The notes: a model not told the origin generated them from the letters alone. Positions 1 through 9,095 are shown, counted from the stretch's first letter. The stretch is 59,503 nt of DNA from Acidimicrobiia bacterium (GCA_049317145.1 JBMOIW010000003.1:1-59503); one strand, 5' to 3'. Translations and numbers: made by a program.

Positions 1-325
1 ATGCGTCACCATGTAGTTGTACGAGACCGACGAAGTGGTCCGGACCCAATCCTGTTGCTCTTGCCACACGCAAGAGGTCGTATAGCGCACAAAGGTCCCG
101 AAATTCGTGGGATTCGTCGAACATGATTGTGCGGTCACTGAGTGCCAGTCCCACGTCAACGTGTCGGAGCTCGACGAAGGCCCGGGCGCCCACTGGCTCG
201 GAGAACTCCCGTCCCACGGAACCGTGCACCCAGCGAGCGCAACGAGCGCTACGAAGAGCCCAGCGAATGCAGCTCGGGAACTGGCCGGTAAGCGAAAACG
301 AGTCACGGTGAGTATTTCGGCCCAT
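1..325 (-). CDS. hypothetical protein, N-terminal part only (runs off left edge)
   Basis: Minus-strand frame is open from ATG 325 (alt. GTG 229) to position 1. It is absent from the ORF track because no stop lies in the window. Codons are GC3-rich from about 229 down (...GREFSEPVGARAFVELRHVDVGLALSDRTIMFDESHEFRDL...). No family recognised. Confidence 0.3.
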   Translation of the reverse strand, partial: MGRNTHRDSFSLTGQFPSCIRWALRSARCARWVHGSVGREFSEPVGARAFVELRHVDVGLALSDRTIMFDESHEFRDLCALYDLLRVARATGLGPDHFVGLVQLHGDA

Positions 326-394
326 TGAGGTCGCTAATGCCAATCCGATTGCACATCGCGCAAGACTTTCGAATGCGCCTACTGCCTTATCAAT

Positions 395-420
395 TGCCAG
401 TAACAAAACAGCTACTGGCA
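395..420. repeat. 8-bp perfect inverted repeat TGCCAGTA-N10-TACTGGCA in an intergenic region
   Basis: Read directly. Lies between the EamA stop (550) and the start of the partial minus-strand gene (325). Could be a hairpin or an operator. Confidence 0.4.
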
Positions 421-549
421 GCGCCGACAAACAGCTTCGGGGTCTGGCGCTTGCCCCCTCGGAGTCACACCACACCTCGGATTTCGTAACGGGGCGCAGG
501 TTGCGGCCTGCGGCGATACAAACCGCACGCCACCAGTCAACGGCGCGCG

Positions 550-1584
550 TCAGTCGTGGCGATGATGGTGGTGGACGTCGGGGATATGCGCGCCCTCGTG
601 TACCAACTGGTCGTGCACATGAAAATGCGAATGCCATCCGACAACTAACGGATCGTGCGCATGATTGTGGTGCTCGTCCGGATGCAGATGTTCATGATCA
701 TGAGCTGCCGCATCGTGGATATGCAGATGCTCATGATGACCTCCAACCGCAAGCGCAACTCCCACCAAAGCTGCGAGTAACGCAACACCCTGGATCCAGG
801 CAATCGGTTCGCCGAGCAACGTCCAAGCCACTGCCGCACCGATGAACGGGGCTGTCGCAAAGAACAACTGGGCGCGCGCCGCACCAAGCAGGCGTGCGCC
901 CCGCACCCACAACACGATCGACGCGCCATACCCGAGTGCCCCCACCACCAGCGCCCCGGCCAACTGTCCCAGGGTGAGCGTGGCTCCGTGTTGCGCCGCG
1001 AGCACTGTTCCGAGCACGGCATTCACACTGCCGGCGACCGCGCCTTTGACCATCACAATGGTCTCCGCAGAAATTTGGTCGACGCGAGCGGTCACGCTGT
1101 TGTCGATGCCCCAGCAAATACACGCTCCCACCACAAACAGCGCGCCCGCCGTCCAGTGCGCTCCGGGATCCCACACGAGGAGCACCCCACCCGCGGTAAT
1201 CAATGTCGCTCCCACCACAACGCGACGCGTCAGGTGCTCGTGCATCCATACCGTTGCGATAGCCAGCGTGGCGATGAGTTCCAAGTTGAGCAGCAACGAT
1301 GCTGTTGCTGCATCAACACGGGTGAGGCCGAGCACCAACAACACCGGGCCGATTGCGCCCCCGGCCACAACCGCAACGCTGAGCGGTTTCCAACTTGCAC
1401 GCAGCGACGACATCGTCGGTACGCGCCGCACGACGAAGGGAAGGACCGCAATCGCCGCACCGAGGTACAAGATGCCAGCCAACAATACCGGCGGCACATC
1501 TCGGGCCAACACGGAAGCCGCCGGGGTGGACGCGCCAAATAGCACCGCAGCCATCAAACACAGCACTGCGCCCCGACGCGTCAT
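550..1584 (-). CDS. EamA/DMT-family transporter with histidine-rich C-terminal tail
   Basis: 344-aa ORF. About 10 hydrophobic segments arranged as a tandem EamA-like duplication. The last 64 aa contain 24 His (HHEHLHIHD...HHHHRHD). Confidence 0.75.
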   Translation of the reverse strand: MTRRGAVLCLMAAVLFGASTPAASVLARDVPPVLLAGILYLGAAIAVLPFVVRRVPTMSSLRASWKPLSVAVVAGGAIGPVLLVLGLTRVDAATASLLLNLELIATLAIATVWMHEHLTRRVVVGATLITAGGVLLVWDPGAHWTAGALFVVGACICWGIDNSVTARVDQISAETIVMVKGAVAGSVNAVLGTVLAAQHGATLTLGQLAGALVVGALGYGASIVLWVRGARLLGAARAQLFFATAPFIGAAVAWTLLGEPIAWIQGVALLAALVGVALAVGGHHEHLHIHDAAAHDHEHLHPDEHHNHAHDPLVVGWHSHFHVHDQLVHEGAHIPDVHHHHRHD

Positions 1585-1629
1585 CCCATCAAGTCTCGCG
1601 CGTGATTTGGAGTCGAATGTACGATCGGC

Positions 1630-2997
1630 CTACTCGCGCGCCATGTTGGCGAACTTGGTGAGATGGTCAAGGAACGCCAAGCGAACGGTGCCAATGGGAC
1701 CGTTACGGTGTTTCGCCACGATGACCTCGGCCGTACCGCGTTGGTCAGACTCAGGGTGGTACGTCTCATCGCGATACAAGAACATCACGACGTCGGCGTC
1801 TTGTTCGATCGAACCGGATTCGCGCAAGTCGGCGAGCATCGGTCGCTTGTCCTGGCGGTATTCGAGCTGGCGGTTGAGCTGGCTGAGCGCCACCACCGGC
1901 GCGTTGAGTTCGCGAGCGAGGATCTTGAGCCCCCGGGAAAGCTCTGAGACCTCAACCTGGCGACTCTCGACCCGACCCGAAGTACTCATGAGCTGGAGAT
2001 AGTCGACGACGATCAACCCGAGATCGCCATGACGGGCCTTGATACGTCGGCCCTTGGCGCGCATTTCCATCACGGTGCACTTGGGGTTGTCGTCAATGAA
2101 CAACGGTGCTTCAGCGAGCCGACCAACCGCGTGCGTAATGCGCGTCCAGTCCGCTTCGGGGATGTTGCCGGTCGAGAGCTTCCGCGCGTCCACGCGCGCC
2201 TCGGCGGCAAGCAAACGCTTGGTGAGCTCCGCGTGCCCCATTTCCATCGAGAAGAACAACACCGGCTTGCGCTCCTCGATTGCAACGTGGGCGGCCATAC
2301 CAAGCGCGAACGCCGTTTTTCCCATGGCGGGTCGGGCCGCGACCACGTTGAGCGCGGAAGGCTGGAGTCCCAGCAACAAATCGTCGAGATCGTTGTAACC
2401 AGTCGCATGACCGGTAAGACCGCTTTCGCGTCCGTACATCGCTTCGAGATGATCGAGCGCGTCTTGCAACGATGATCGCAAATCAACGAGCGAATCGGAG
2501 ACTTGGTGCTCCGCAACCTCAAAGACCAGTGCTTCGGCACGATCGAGCGTCTCGGGAACATCGTCGGGATTTTCGTATCCCATTTCGGCAATTTCGCCAG
2601 CAACTCCAATCAGGCGTCGTAACAACGCGAGATCGGTGACGATCTTGGCGTAATGCCCTGCGTTCGCCGATGCCGGAACACCCGCTTGAATCCGCAGGAT
2701 CGTGCCTTTGCCTCCCATCGCTTCGAGCAATCCGGCGCGGCGCAGCTCTTCGGCGACCGTGATGGGATCGACCGGTTCGCCCTGGCCGTAGAGGCTCATG
2801 ATTGCGTCGAAGATGTGACCGTGCGCAGGTTTGTAGAAGTCGGCGTCGGCGAGGCGACCTTCGACCGCAGCTGTGATCGCGTCACGCGACAACAACATGG
2901 CGCCGAGGATGGATTCTTCGGCTTCGAGGTTGTGCGGAGGGATGCGTCCGCTCGCGCTCGGGGAGCGGCGACGGGCGTCGTCTAGAGATTGAACCAA
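1630..2997 (-). CDS. dnaB: replicative DNA helicase DnaB
   Basis: 455 aa. N-terminal PHNLEAEESILGAMLL, Walker A GARPAMGKTAF, and DYLQLM / SQLNR motifs typical of DnaB. No intein. Confidence 0.95.
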   Translation of the reverse strand: MVQSLDDARRRSPSASGRIPPHNLEAEESILGAMLLSRDAITAAVEGRLADADFYKPAHGHIFDAIMSLYGQGEPVDPITVAEELRRAGLLEAMGGKGTILRIQAGVPASANAGHYAKIVTDLALLRRLIGVAGEIAEMGYENPDDVPETLDRAEALVFEVAEHQVSDSLVDLRSSLQDALDHLEAMYGRESGLTGHATGYNDLDDLLLGLQPSALNVVAARPAMGKTAFALGMAAHVAIEERKPVLFFSMEMGHAELTKRLLAAEARVDARKLSTGNIPEADWTRITHAVGRLAEAPLFIDDNPKCTVMEMRAKGRRIKARHGDLGLIVVDYLQLMSTSGRVESRQVEVSELSRGLKILARELNAPVVALSQLNRQLEYRQDKRPMLADLRESGSIEQDADVVMFLYRDETYHPESDQRGTAEVIVAKHRNGPIGTVRLAFLDHLTKFANMARE

Positions 2998-3125
2998 CGG
3001 ATCCTCAATTGCGCTGCGAAGGGGTCGTGATGTGAGCGGGGACTCGCACCAAATGGGTTGAGCATCGTCTCATGCCGGCCCTGTGGGGAACGAGTGGGAA
3101 ATGTGCCGATGAGCTGGGGTTTTCC

Positions 3126-3145
3126 TTGTGGATTCGTTGTGGATG
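3126..3145 (+). promoter_or_regulatory. two direct DnaA-box-like 9-mers (TTGTGGATT, TTGTGGATG) 11 bp apart, upstream of dnaB
   Basis: Read at 3126-3134 and 3137-3145, in the rplI-dnaB intergenic region. They match the TGTGGAT core used in the dnaA-flanking box clusters of this window. Confidence 0.35.
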
Positions 3146-3224
3146 AGTGGGCCGTTCATCCCCAGGGGTGGGGACGAACTCCATGATCGCAGGCCGCACT
3201 GACACTTACGGGGAGGGGCGCGAA

Positions 3225-3249
3225 ACGGCCCGGCATAGTGCCGGGCCGT
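3225..3249 (-). terminator. hairpin downstream of rplI (11-bp stem, 3-nt loop)
   Basis: ACGGCCCGGCA-TAG-TGCCGGGCCGT. On the minus strand it is followed by TTTCG (weak U tract). Lies 27 nt after the rplI stop. Confidence 0.5.
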
Positions 3250-3275
3250 TCAAGGTCGTGTTGGGATGCGGGTCG

Positions 3276-3722
3276 CTATTCGGCGACCACGTCCACGCCA
3301 ACGGTGGCGCTTACCGCTGGGTGCAGCCGCACCGCCACTTCGTACGCACCCGTCGACTTGATTGCGTCGGCGAGTTGCACGGTCTTGCGATCAATCGTGG
3401 CGCCGGTAGCCTTAGCCAACGCAGCCGCAATGTCGGCATTGGATACCGAGCCGAAGAGCTTGCCGCCCTCACCGGCACGCACCGCGATTTGAATGCGGTT
3501 GGCCTGCAAGCGAGTTGCGAGGTCTTCGGCTGTAGCACGCTCCCGAGCATCGCGTGCTGCTCGGTTGCGACGCATCGCTTCGGCCTGACGTACCGCACCA
3601 TCGCTTGCGGCAATAGCCAGCCCTTTGCGCACCAGAAAGTTGCGAGCAAAACCGTCGGCCACGTCGACAATGTCGCCCTTGGAGCCAACGTTGTCGACGT
3701 CAGAACGCAATACCACTTTCAT
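3276..3722 (-). CDS. rplI: 50S ribosomal protein L9
   Basis: 148 aa. MKVVLRSDVDNVGSKGDIVDVADGFARNFL is the canonical L9 N-terminus. 4-nt overlap with rpsR. Confidence 0.95.
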   Translation of the reverse strand: MKVVLRSDVDNVGSKGDIVDVADGFARNFLVRKGLAIAASDGAVRQAEAMRRNRAARDARERATAEDLATRLQANRIQIAVRAGEGGKLFGSVSNADIAAALAKATGATIDRKTVQLADAIKSTGAYEVAVRLHPAVSATVGVDVVAE

Positions 3723-4150
3723 GCGTCGGCTCCTTCGACTGCAACTGCTTCCATCTCGGCAAACTCTTCGTACCCCGCCGGGATTGCCGACTTGGTCTCG
3801 AGCTCGATTGCGGCTTCGCTCAACTCTTCGTCCCGCTCGCGCCGGTCCCGACCTCGGCCCTTGCCGCGGCTGGTGGTCTGGCGCACGGCGTAGGGCAGCA
3901 GCGCCATTTCGCGAGCAACACGAATCGCACGAGCGACCTCGCGCTGTTGCTTAACGTCGTTGCCGGTCACGCGCCGGGCGCGAATCTTGGCTCGCTCCGA
4001 CATAAACCGGCGAAGCAAGTTGACGTCTTTGTAGTCGATGTAGGTGACGCGTTCCTGGGCAAGGATCGACACCTTCTTTTTGGGGGCACGGCGCTTGTCG
4101 GCCGCGGCTGCGGATGCCGGGTTACGACGCCGGTCCTTACTGTTTCCCAT
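3719..4150 (-). CDS. rpsR: 30S ribosomal protein S18 with about 54-aa C-terminal extension
   Basis: S18 core YIDYKDVNLLRRFMSERAKIRARRVTG...LLPY spans aa 37-87, followed by an RG-rich then acidic tail up to aa 143. Confidence 0.9.
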   Translation of the reverse strand: MGNSKDRRRNPASAAAADKRRAPKKKVSILAQERVTYIDYKDVNLLRRFMSERAKIRARRVTGNDVKQQREVARAIRVAREMALLPYAVRQTTSRGKGRGRDRRERDEELSEAAIELETKSAIPAGYEEFAEMEAVAVEGADA

Positions 4151-4180
4151 GCTCTTGTTCCTCTCGAAAAGTTGGCGGGC

Positions 4181-4630
4181 CTAGAAGGGCTCTTCGCCGA
4201 AATCGTCGTATACCGGGGCATCGCTGGCTGCAGCCGGTGCGCTACTACCACCGAAGTCGCCGCCGCGTCGTTCGTTCTTACTCACCTGGGCACTTGCGTA
4301 CCGCAGCGAGGGACCGATCTCGTCCGCAATGATCTCGACCACGTTGCGCTTCTCGCCCTCGCGGGTTTCGTAGCTGCGCTGTTCGAGTCGACCCGAGACG
4401 AGCACGCGTGCGCCCTTCGGCAGCGACTCGGCAACGTTCTCGGCCATTTCGCGCCAGCAGACCACATCGAAGTAACTGGTCTGCTCTTGCCATTCGCCGC
4501 TGTTGCGGTCCTGCCACCGACGGTTCACTGCAACGCCAAAACGCACGTTGGCTTGTCCGCTCGGGGTGAAGCGCAATTCGGGGTCGCGGGTGACGTTGCC
4601 CACGACGGTAACGGTGTTGCTCGCTGCCAT
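4181..4630 (-). CDS. ssb: single-stranded DNA-binding protein
   Basis: 149 aa. OB-fold N-terminus (NTVTVVGNVTRDPELRFTPSG), Gly-rich linker, acidic tip DDFGEEPF. Confidence 0.95.
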   Translation of the reverse strand: MAASNTVTVVGNVTRDPELRFTPSGQANVRFGVAVNRRWQDRNSGEWQEQTSYFDVVCWREMAENVAESLPKGARVLVSGRLEQRSYETREGEKRNVVEIIADEIGPSLRYASAQVSKNERRGGDFGGSSAPAAASDAPVYDDFGEEPF

Positions 4631-4632
4631 GA

Positions 4633-4977
4633 CTACTCCTTTTCCTTTTCCTTCGCCGCAGTTGCGCGGTTTCGGGGAGGTCCGTATGCCTCAGCGGGAA
4701 TACGGAGCACTTTGTGGCGGACGACCTCGTCCGCGAGGGAGAGCGTGCGGTGCAACTCGGCCATTGCTGCGGGCTCGGACATGGCCTGCATCACGACGTA
4801 GTAGCCCTCGGTCTTGCGATTGATCTCGTAGGCGAGGCGACGCTTGCCCCAAAAATCGATGTAACCGGGCTCTGCGCCCATGGACTCGATGAGCTTCTTC
4901 GAACGCTCGACGTTGTCACGCACTGCGACGTCATCGAGTTCGGGATCGAAGATCACCATGACTTCGTACGGCCGCAT
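4633..4977 (-). CDS. rpsF: 30S ribosomal protein S6
   Basis: MRPYEVMVIFDPELDD is the S6 N-terminus. ATG 4977 is preceded by AGGAGG 9 nt upstream. The longer track ORF (to 5112) is rejected. Confidence 0.9.
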   Translation of the reverse strand: MRPYEVMVIFDPELDDVAVRDNVERSKKLIESMGAEPGYIDFWGKRRLAYEINRKTEGYYVVMQAMSEPAAMAELHRTLSLADEVVRHKVLRIPAEAYGPPRNRATAAKEKEKE

Positions 4978-5245
4978 AGGCCGGAACCTCCTGTGGACCG
5001 CCGCCACTTGGCGGGGGCTCTCGACGGACTGGGCCGGGAGAGCAGGGTTGATAGATGTTGTTGGTCGCCTTGCGGCGAGCTGGGAGAGGGTAACAGAGCG
5101 CCTGTGGATCATGTCGAGGCATCACGGTACGCGCGTCCGGCCCGCAACGGCGAGGGTCAGGGGCCGGTTGGGTCGGTGCCGGGTTTTCGACCCAACCCGG
5201 GACTTCCCTTGGGCTTGTGTATCTGTTTGTGTTACGAGCGAATGC

Positions 5246-5560
5246 GTGCACCGACCCCGCTTCGATTTGGACCGTCTAGACGCCCTCGATCCGTTCGAGA
5301 TCGACGAGCAAGCCGCGCATTTGTTCAAGCACGACGACCTGGGTATCGAGGATGTGTACGACATCTGGCGTTCCCGACCCGGCTTCTACCCGGCGAAACA
5401 ACCTGCCGATTGGATCATGGTCGCAATACTCGACGGTCGAACACTTGCCGTGCCTTTGGCTCCGCCACGCTCAGGCGACCCCGCCAAGTGCCGACCGATC
5501 GGCTGCTGTCCCGCACCGCGTTCACTCGCTTGCGATACCGGACTGAACGATGACACCTGA
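5246..5560 (+). CDS. small conserved-looking protein, possible toxin partner of the downstream RHH gene
   Basis: In-frame GTG 5246 within track ORF 4880..5560; the upstream part of that ORF is antisense to rpsF. 11-nt overlap with the next gene. Sequence: FEIDEQAAHLFKHDDLGIEDVYDIW...DWIMVAILDGRTLAVPLAP. Family not recognised with confidence. Confidence 0.35.
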   Translation: MHRPRFDLDRLDALDPFEIDEQAAHLFKHDDLGIEDVYDIWRSRPGFYPAKQPADWIMVAILDGRTLAVPLAPPRSGDPAKCRPIGCCPAPRSLACDTGLNDDT

Positions 5561-5789
5561 CGAACCCCCGACTCCGCAACAGGAATACGGGTTCTTTCTC
5601 AACCCAACAAATCTCGAACCGCAAGGTCCGATGGTCCGCCGCGCTGGCGATCTCACGGCGACGGTACCGGTGCGACTCTCGCCAGCGATGCTCGACGAAG
5701 TACGTCGCCGCGCCGCAGCGGATCATCGATCGGTGTTGTCGTGGATCCGCGTCACGATCGATCGCGAACTCAAACGCGACGCGAGTTAA
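5550..5789 (+). CDS. ribbon-helix-helix (CopG-like) protein, antitoxin-like
   Basis: 79 aa. C-terminal VPVRLSPAMLDEVRRRAAADHRSVLSWIRVTIDRELKR fits the RHH pattern (beta strand, helix, helix). Confidence 0.5.
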   Translation: MTPDEPPTPQQEYGFFLNPTNLEPQGPMVRRAGDLTATVPVRLSPAMLDEVRRRAAADHRSVLSWIRVTIDRELKRDAS

Positions 5790-6739
5790 TCGTTGCTGGC
5801 GTCGCGCCGAGCTTTGGACAGCGCGCCCGTAATGTCGTCCATTGACGGGACCACGATGCGATCGCCGACGAGTTGCTGTAGCCACGTCAACATCGGTCCG
5901 GCTTGCGCGTACTGAAATGCCCGCAACGTTGGCATGTTGGGCGGCGCCGGCTTATGCGCGAAGTTCGCAAGATAGCCAGCAAATCCAGCGACGAAGACCG
6001 CGAGTTCGTGCGGACTCCGTTCGGCGATCAATCGACTCGACGCGACAAGATCGGCAACGGGAACATCGAAGCGGATGTGCAGTGCCGACACCGCACCGAC
6101 GGCGTCGATGAATCCCGGCCCGTGGCACGCGCAGGCCCAATCGACAAAGTAATGACGGCCATCGGCGCCGACGAGCGCGTTGTCATCGCGGCCATCACCG
6201 TGCATCAACGAATCGTCGAACCGCATGAACTCCACTTGTGATTCCAGCTCAACCAGCGCGCCCAGCCCCGGCACTTGCTCCGAAAGTGCAGCCCAAGAGG
6301 TGAAGAGGCTCTGATGATCATCCAGCACGTGCGCAAGACCGTTGATGCGGACTCCACCAAGCGTGTCGTAGAGCGCGTCGATTCCTCGCATATGGGCAAA
6401 CGGATCGGTGACGGGCTGCGCGTCGAGGTACTCGAACACGAGCACCTGCCATTCGTCGATATCCCCGGAAAACACCAATTGCGGCGTCGGAACCTCGGGC
6501 GGCAGTTGCGACACCACCATCGCCTCGTGACGTTGCATGAACATGGTGGTTTGGTTGATCGAGGGGGTGCACGCCTTTACGAACCGCTTTATGCCCCCGG
6601 CGAGTTCGACGGTTGCGGCGATTGCAGGAGAAAACCCCGCCGACGCTTCCGATACGCCGATAATCGGTGCACCAAGGCGCGCTTCAAGTACCTCTTGTAC
6701 GTGCTGGGGAATCGCAGACCACGGAGTGCGCTGAGTCAT
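5786..6739 (-). CDS. phosphotransferase-family (APH-like) kinase
   Basis: 317 aa. Brenner-type motif LMHGDGRDDNALV followed by YFVDWACACHGPGFIDA, as in the aminoglycoside/choline kinase fold. Confidence 0.7.
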   Translation of the reverse strand: MTQRTPWSAIPQHVQEVLEARLGAPIIGVSEASAGFSPAIAATVELAGGIKRFVKACTPSINQTTMFMQRHEAMVVSQLPPEVPTPQLVFSGDIDEWQVLVFEYLDAQPVTDPFAHMRGIDALYDTLGGVRINGLAHVLDDHQSLFTSWAALSEQVPGLGALVELESQVEFMRFDDSLMHGDGRDDNALVGADGRHYFVDWACACHGPGFIDAVGAVSALHIRFDVPVADLVASSRLIAERSPHELAVFVAGFAGYLANFAHKPAPPNMPTLRAFQYAQAGPMLTWLQQLVGDRIVVPSMDDITGALSKARRDASND

Positions 6740-6796
6740 GCCACCACACCTCGCATTGCCGTCACTCCGATGACGTCAACGAACGGAACAACGGCT

Positions 6797-7090
6797 TCAA
6801 TTACGGTGGAGCGGGCCGAGCACCGGTGCTTCGCTCGTGAGCACCGTGCGGGCTACTGCGCTTGCGTATTCCTGTTCGGCCGCCCAGAGCACGGCAACAT
6901 GATTTGCTTCGAGTTCGGTCAAGTCGCGGAGCAGTAATTCGCGCGCACGGTCGATGGTGACGGGGTATCCCTCAACGAAAAGTTCGTATGCGGCCGTTGT
7001 CGGCGTGTGGTTTCCGTCGTGGATTTCGTCGCGCAATTCATAGATGCGGTCCAACAACGGTACGGTCGGGAATTTGGTCACAGGTTCCAT
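6797..7090 (-). CDS. hypothetical protein
   Basis: 97-aa ORF, co-directional with its neighbours. No family recognised. Confidence 0.4.
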   Translation of the reverse strand: MEPVTKFPTVPLLDRIYELRDEIHDGNHTPTTAAYELFVEGYPVTIDRARELLLRDLTELEANHVAVLWAAEQEYASAVARTVLTSEAPVLGPLHRN

Positions 7091-7175
7091 AGTTCACGCT
7101 CAACGAGGGTTCGACGCAATTGCGCCGAGGCGGTGCCCTCCAGGCAACCAGCTCCGCCTGTCCGCGAGCAAGCGC

Positions 7176-7700
7176 TTAGCTGCATGTGACCAATTTGGTG
7201 GGCAACGGCTTGCCGGCGGGCACCTCGTACGCGAAGCGATATCGACTTGAGGGGCCGTACACGGGACAGGTCAGATCCGTACCGGGGCACGGCACCATTG
7301 CTTCGTTCCCGATTCGCTTGCCGTTGCGATCGTAGAACCCGATGTCGAGCGGGATCTTGGTGTCGGCCATCGTGAACGCCGCATTGGAGTCATCTTCGAA
7401 TGCAAACACCATACCGGCATAGGGCTCCAGCGATTCCACCCCGCGCAGGCCTTGTTCGCGCTGGATCCCGTTGGATGCGACGAGAACGCGCTCGCACTGT
7501 TTGCTCACTTCGAGTTTCATTTCACGAAATCGCGTGAAGGGACTGCTCGCAACCGACGCATTGTCGACAGCGATGGGAATCGGACCGCGCCCATCAGGAC
7601 CAAACACTTGGATTGCAAGCACTCCACCGACGGTGAGTATTGCTAGCGCACCGAAGAACACAACGACCCATCGTCCGGATGTCCATTTCATGCGCGTCAC
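7176..7700 (-). CDS. DUF192-domain protein with N-terminal membrane anchor
   Basis: 174 aa. N-terminal TM segment (WVVVFFGALAILTVGGVLAI). Core GMVFAFEDDSNAAFTMADTKIPLDIGFYD resembles the DUF192 signature. Confidence 0.6.
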   Translation of the reverse strand: MTRMKWTSGRWVVVFFGALAILTVGGVLAIQVFGPDGRGPIPIAVDNASVASSPFTRFREMKLEVSKQCERVLVASNGIQREQGLRGVESLEPYAGMVFAFEDDSNAAFTMADTKIPLDIGFYDRNGKRIGNEAMVPCPGTDLTCPVYGPSSRYRFAYEVPAGKPLPTKLVTCS

Positions 7701-7742
7701 ACTATGCGCACGGGCAACCGGGTTGACTGTCGGGCGGGCGGG

Positions 7743-8615
7743 TTACGCAGATGGCGACGAGACACTCGGAGTTTCGACGGCATCGAGCCCAAGCGCATCC
7801 GCAACGTCATCGCTCAAGTGGTACGTCTCTGCGCTGGTGGGGAAAGTGCCGGCCCCGACGTCGGCAACGAAACGAGTGAGCGCATCGGTTACAACCGCAC
7901 CAAGCTCGGCGTACGCACGCACAAACCTGGGCGGCACCCGATCCGTCCATCCCAAGAGATCATGAAACACCAGCACTTGCCCATCGACGTGCCGGCCCGC
8001 ACCGATGCCGATCGTGGGCACGGGCACTGCGTCGGTGACCATGCGCGCAACACCGTCCGGCACGCACTCGAGCACGATCGCAAAACACCCCGCATCCGCC
8101 AGCGCGACCGCATCATCGACGATGGCTTTGGCCGCATCGAGTTGCTTGCCTTGCACTTTGTAGCCACCAAACGCGTGTACCGACTGCGGCGTGAGCCCGA
8201 TGTGCCCCATCACGGGAATCTCGGCATCGAGAATCGCGCGCACTGCGGGAATGCGTTTGATTCCGCCTTCGAGTTTGACAGCCTGGGCCCCGGCGCGCAC
8301 CAACGTTGCGGCATTGCGCACCGCGTCTTCGACGGCGACGTGGTAACTCATCCAGGGCATGTCGCCGACAATGAGCGCGTTCGGTTTCGTGCGCGCGACC
8401 GCAGCGGTGTGGTGCGCCATGTCGTCGATCGTGACGGCCAACGTGTCGTCATAGCCGAGCACGACCATCGCAACGGAGTCGCCCACGAGGATCAGGTCGG
8501 CGCCCGCAGCGTCGACGGCACGCGCCGACGGTGCGTCGTAGGCCGTAATCATGGTGAGGGGCTGGCCCGAGTTTTTCCGGGCACGTACGTCGGGCACGGT
8601 GATCCGAGCGCTCAT
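7743..8615 (-). CDS. panB: 3-methyl-2-oxobutanoate hydroxymethyltransferase
   Basis: 290 aa. MITAYDAPSARAVDAAGADLILVGDSVAMVVLGY and KLEGG motifs typical of PanB. Confidence 0.9.
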   Translation of the reverse strand: MSARITVPDVRARKNSGQPLTMITAYDAPSARAVDAAGADLILVGDSVAMVVLGYDDTLAVTIDDMAHHTAAVARTKPNALIVGDMPWMSYHVAVEDAVRNAATLVRAGAQAVKLEGGIKRIPAVRAILDAEIPVMGHIGLTPQSVHAFGGYKVQGKQLDAAKAIVDDAVALADAGCFAIVLECVPDGVARMVTDAVPVPTIGIGAGRHVDGQVLVFHDLLGWTDRVPPRFVRAYAELGAVVTDALTRFVADVGAGTFPTSAETYHLSDDVADALGLDAVETPSVSSPSA

Positions 8616-8729
8616 CGATGAACCTCCAACTCGTCCCGGGGCCGATGCCTCCAGGCGATGCTGTTAAGCGTAGATCACATCGGCCGTTTCACCGAGCGCT
8701 GCAGGAGTTGCCGAGGCGTGGGGCCAAAG

Positions 8730-9095
8730 CTACGCCGAGTGGCCGCGGCCCAAAAGGTAACGACGATCGAGGTGATTCCACTTGCAGTCGATACAGACTT
8801 CGACGACGTAGCACGCAAACTCGGCGGTCTCTGCGCCAAGCTTTTCGAGTTCGGCTTGCGTTGTGATGCACCGACCGTTGGCGCCTTTGAGTTCGTCGCC
8901 ATAGACGTAGCTCACGAGCCGGACTTTGCGGCTCTCGCAGATCGGGCATTCGCGCTGCGCATCGATACCGACGTACGTCGCCGCACGGATGAGTTCGGGA
9001 TGTGCATCGCAGACATCGAGCTTGCGCAGCACACCGCGGCGGTAGTCCGCCAGGATCGCTCGTCGTGCGAGTACGTAGTCGACGTGATGCCGCAT
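8730..9095 (-). CDS. DUF5318-like conserved actinobacterial protein
   Basis: 121 aa with CxxC...CxxC cysteines (CPICESR, CIDCKWN). Divergent from the PadR-ino1 pair, as in other actinobacteria. Confidence 0.55.
   Translation of the reverse strand: MRHHVDYVLARRAILADYRRGVLRKLDVCDAHPELIRAATYVGIDAQRECPICESRKVRLVSYVYGDELKGANGRCITTQAELEKLGAETAEFACYVVEVCIDCKWNHLDRRYLLGRGHSA

Noticed and set aside
842-2002. 386-aa plus-strand ORF across EamA and the dnaB 3' end
   Set aside because: Antisense shadow of two recognisable genes. The Ser/Thr/Ala/Pro-rich translation has no domain signature.
4978-5112. 45-codon N-terminal extension of rpsF
   Set aside because: The S6 consensus N-terminus begins at Met46, which has an AGGAGG RBS. 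The extension has no homology signature.
7521-7538. parS-like inverted repeat TTCACG-N6-CGTGAA
   Set aside because: Only a 6-bp half-site match with the wrong spacing, and it lies inside the DUF192 coding sequence. It is not the GTTTCACGTGAAAC core.
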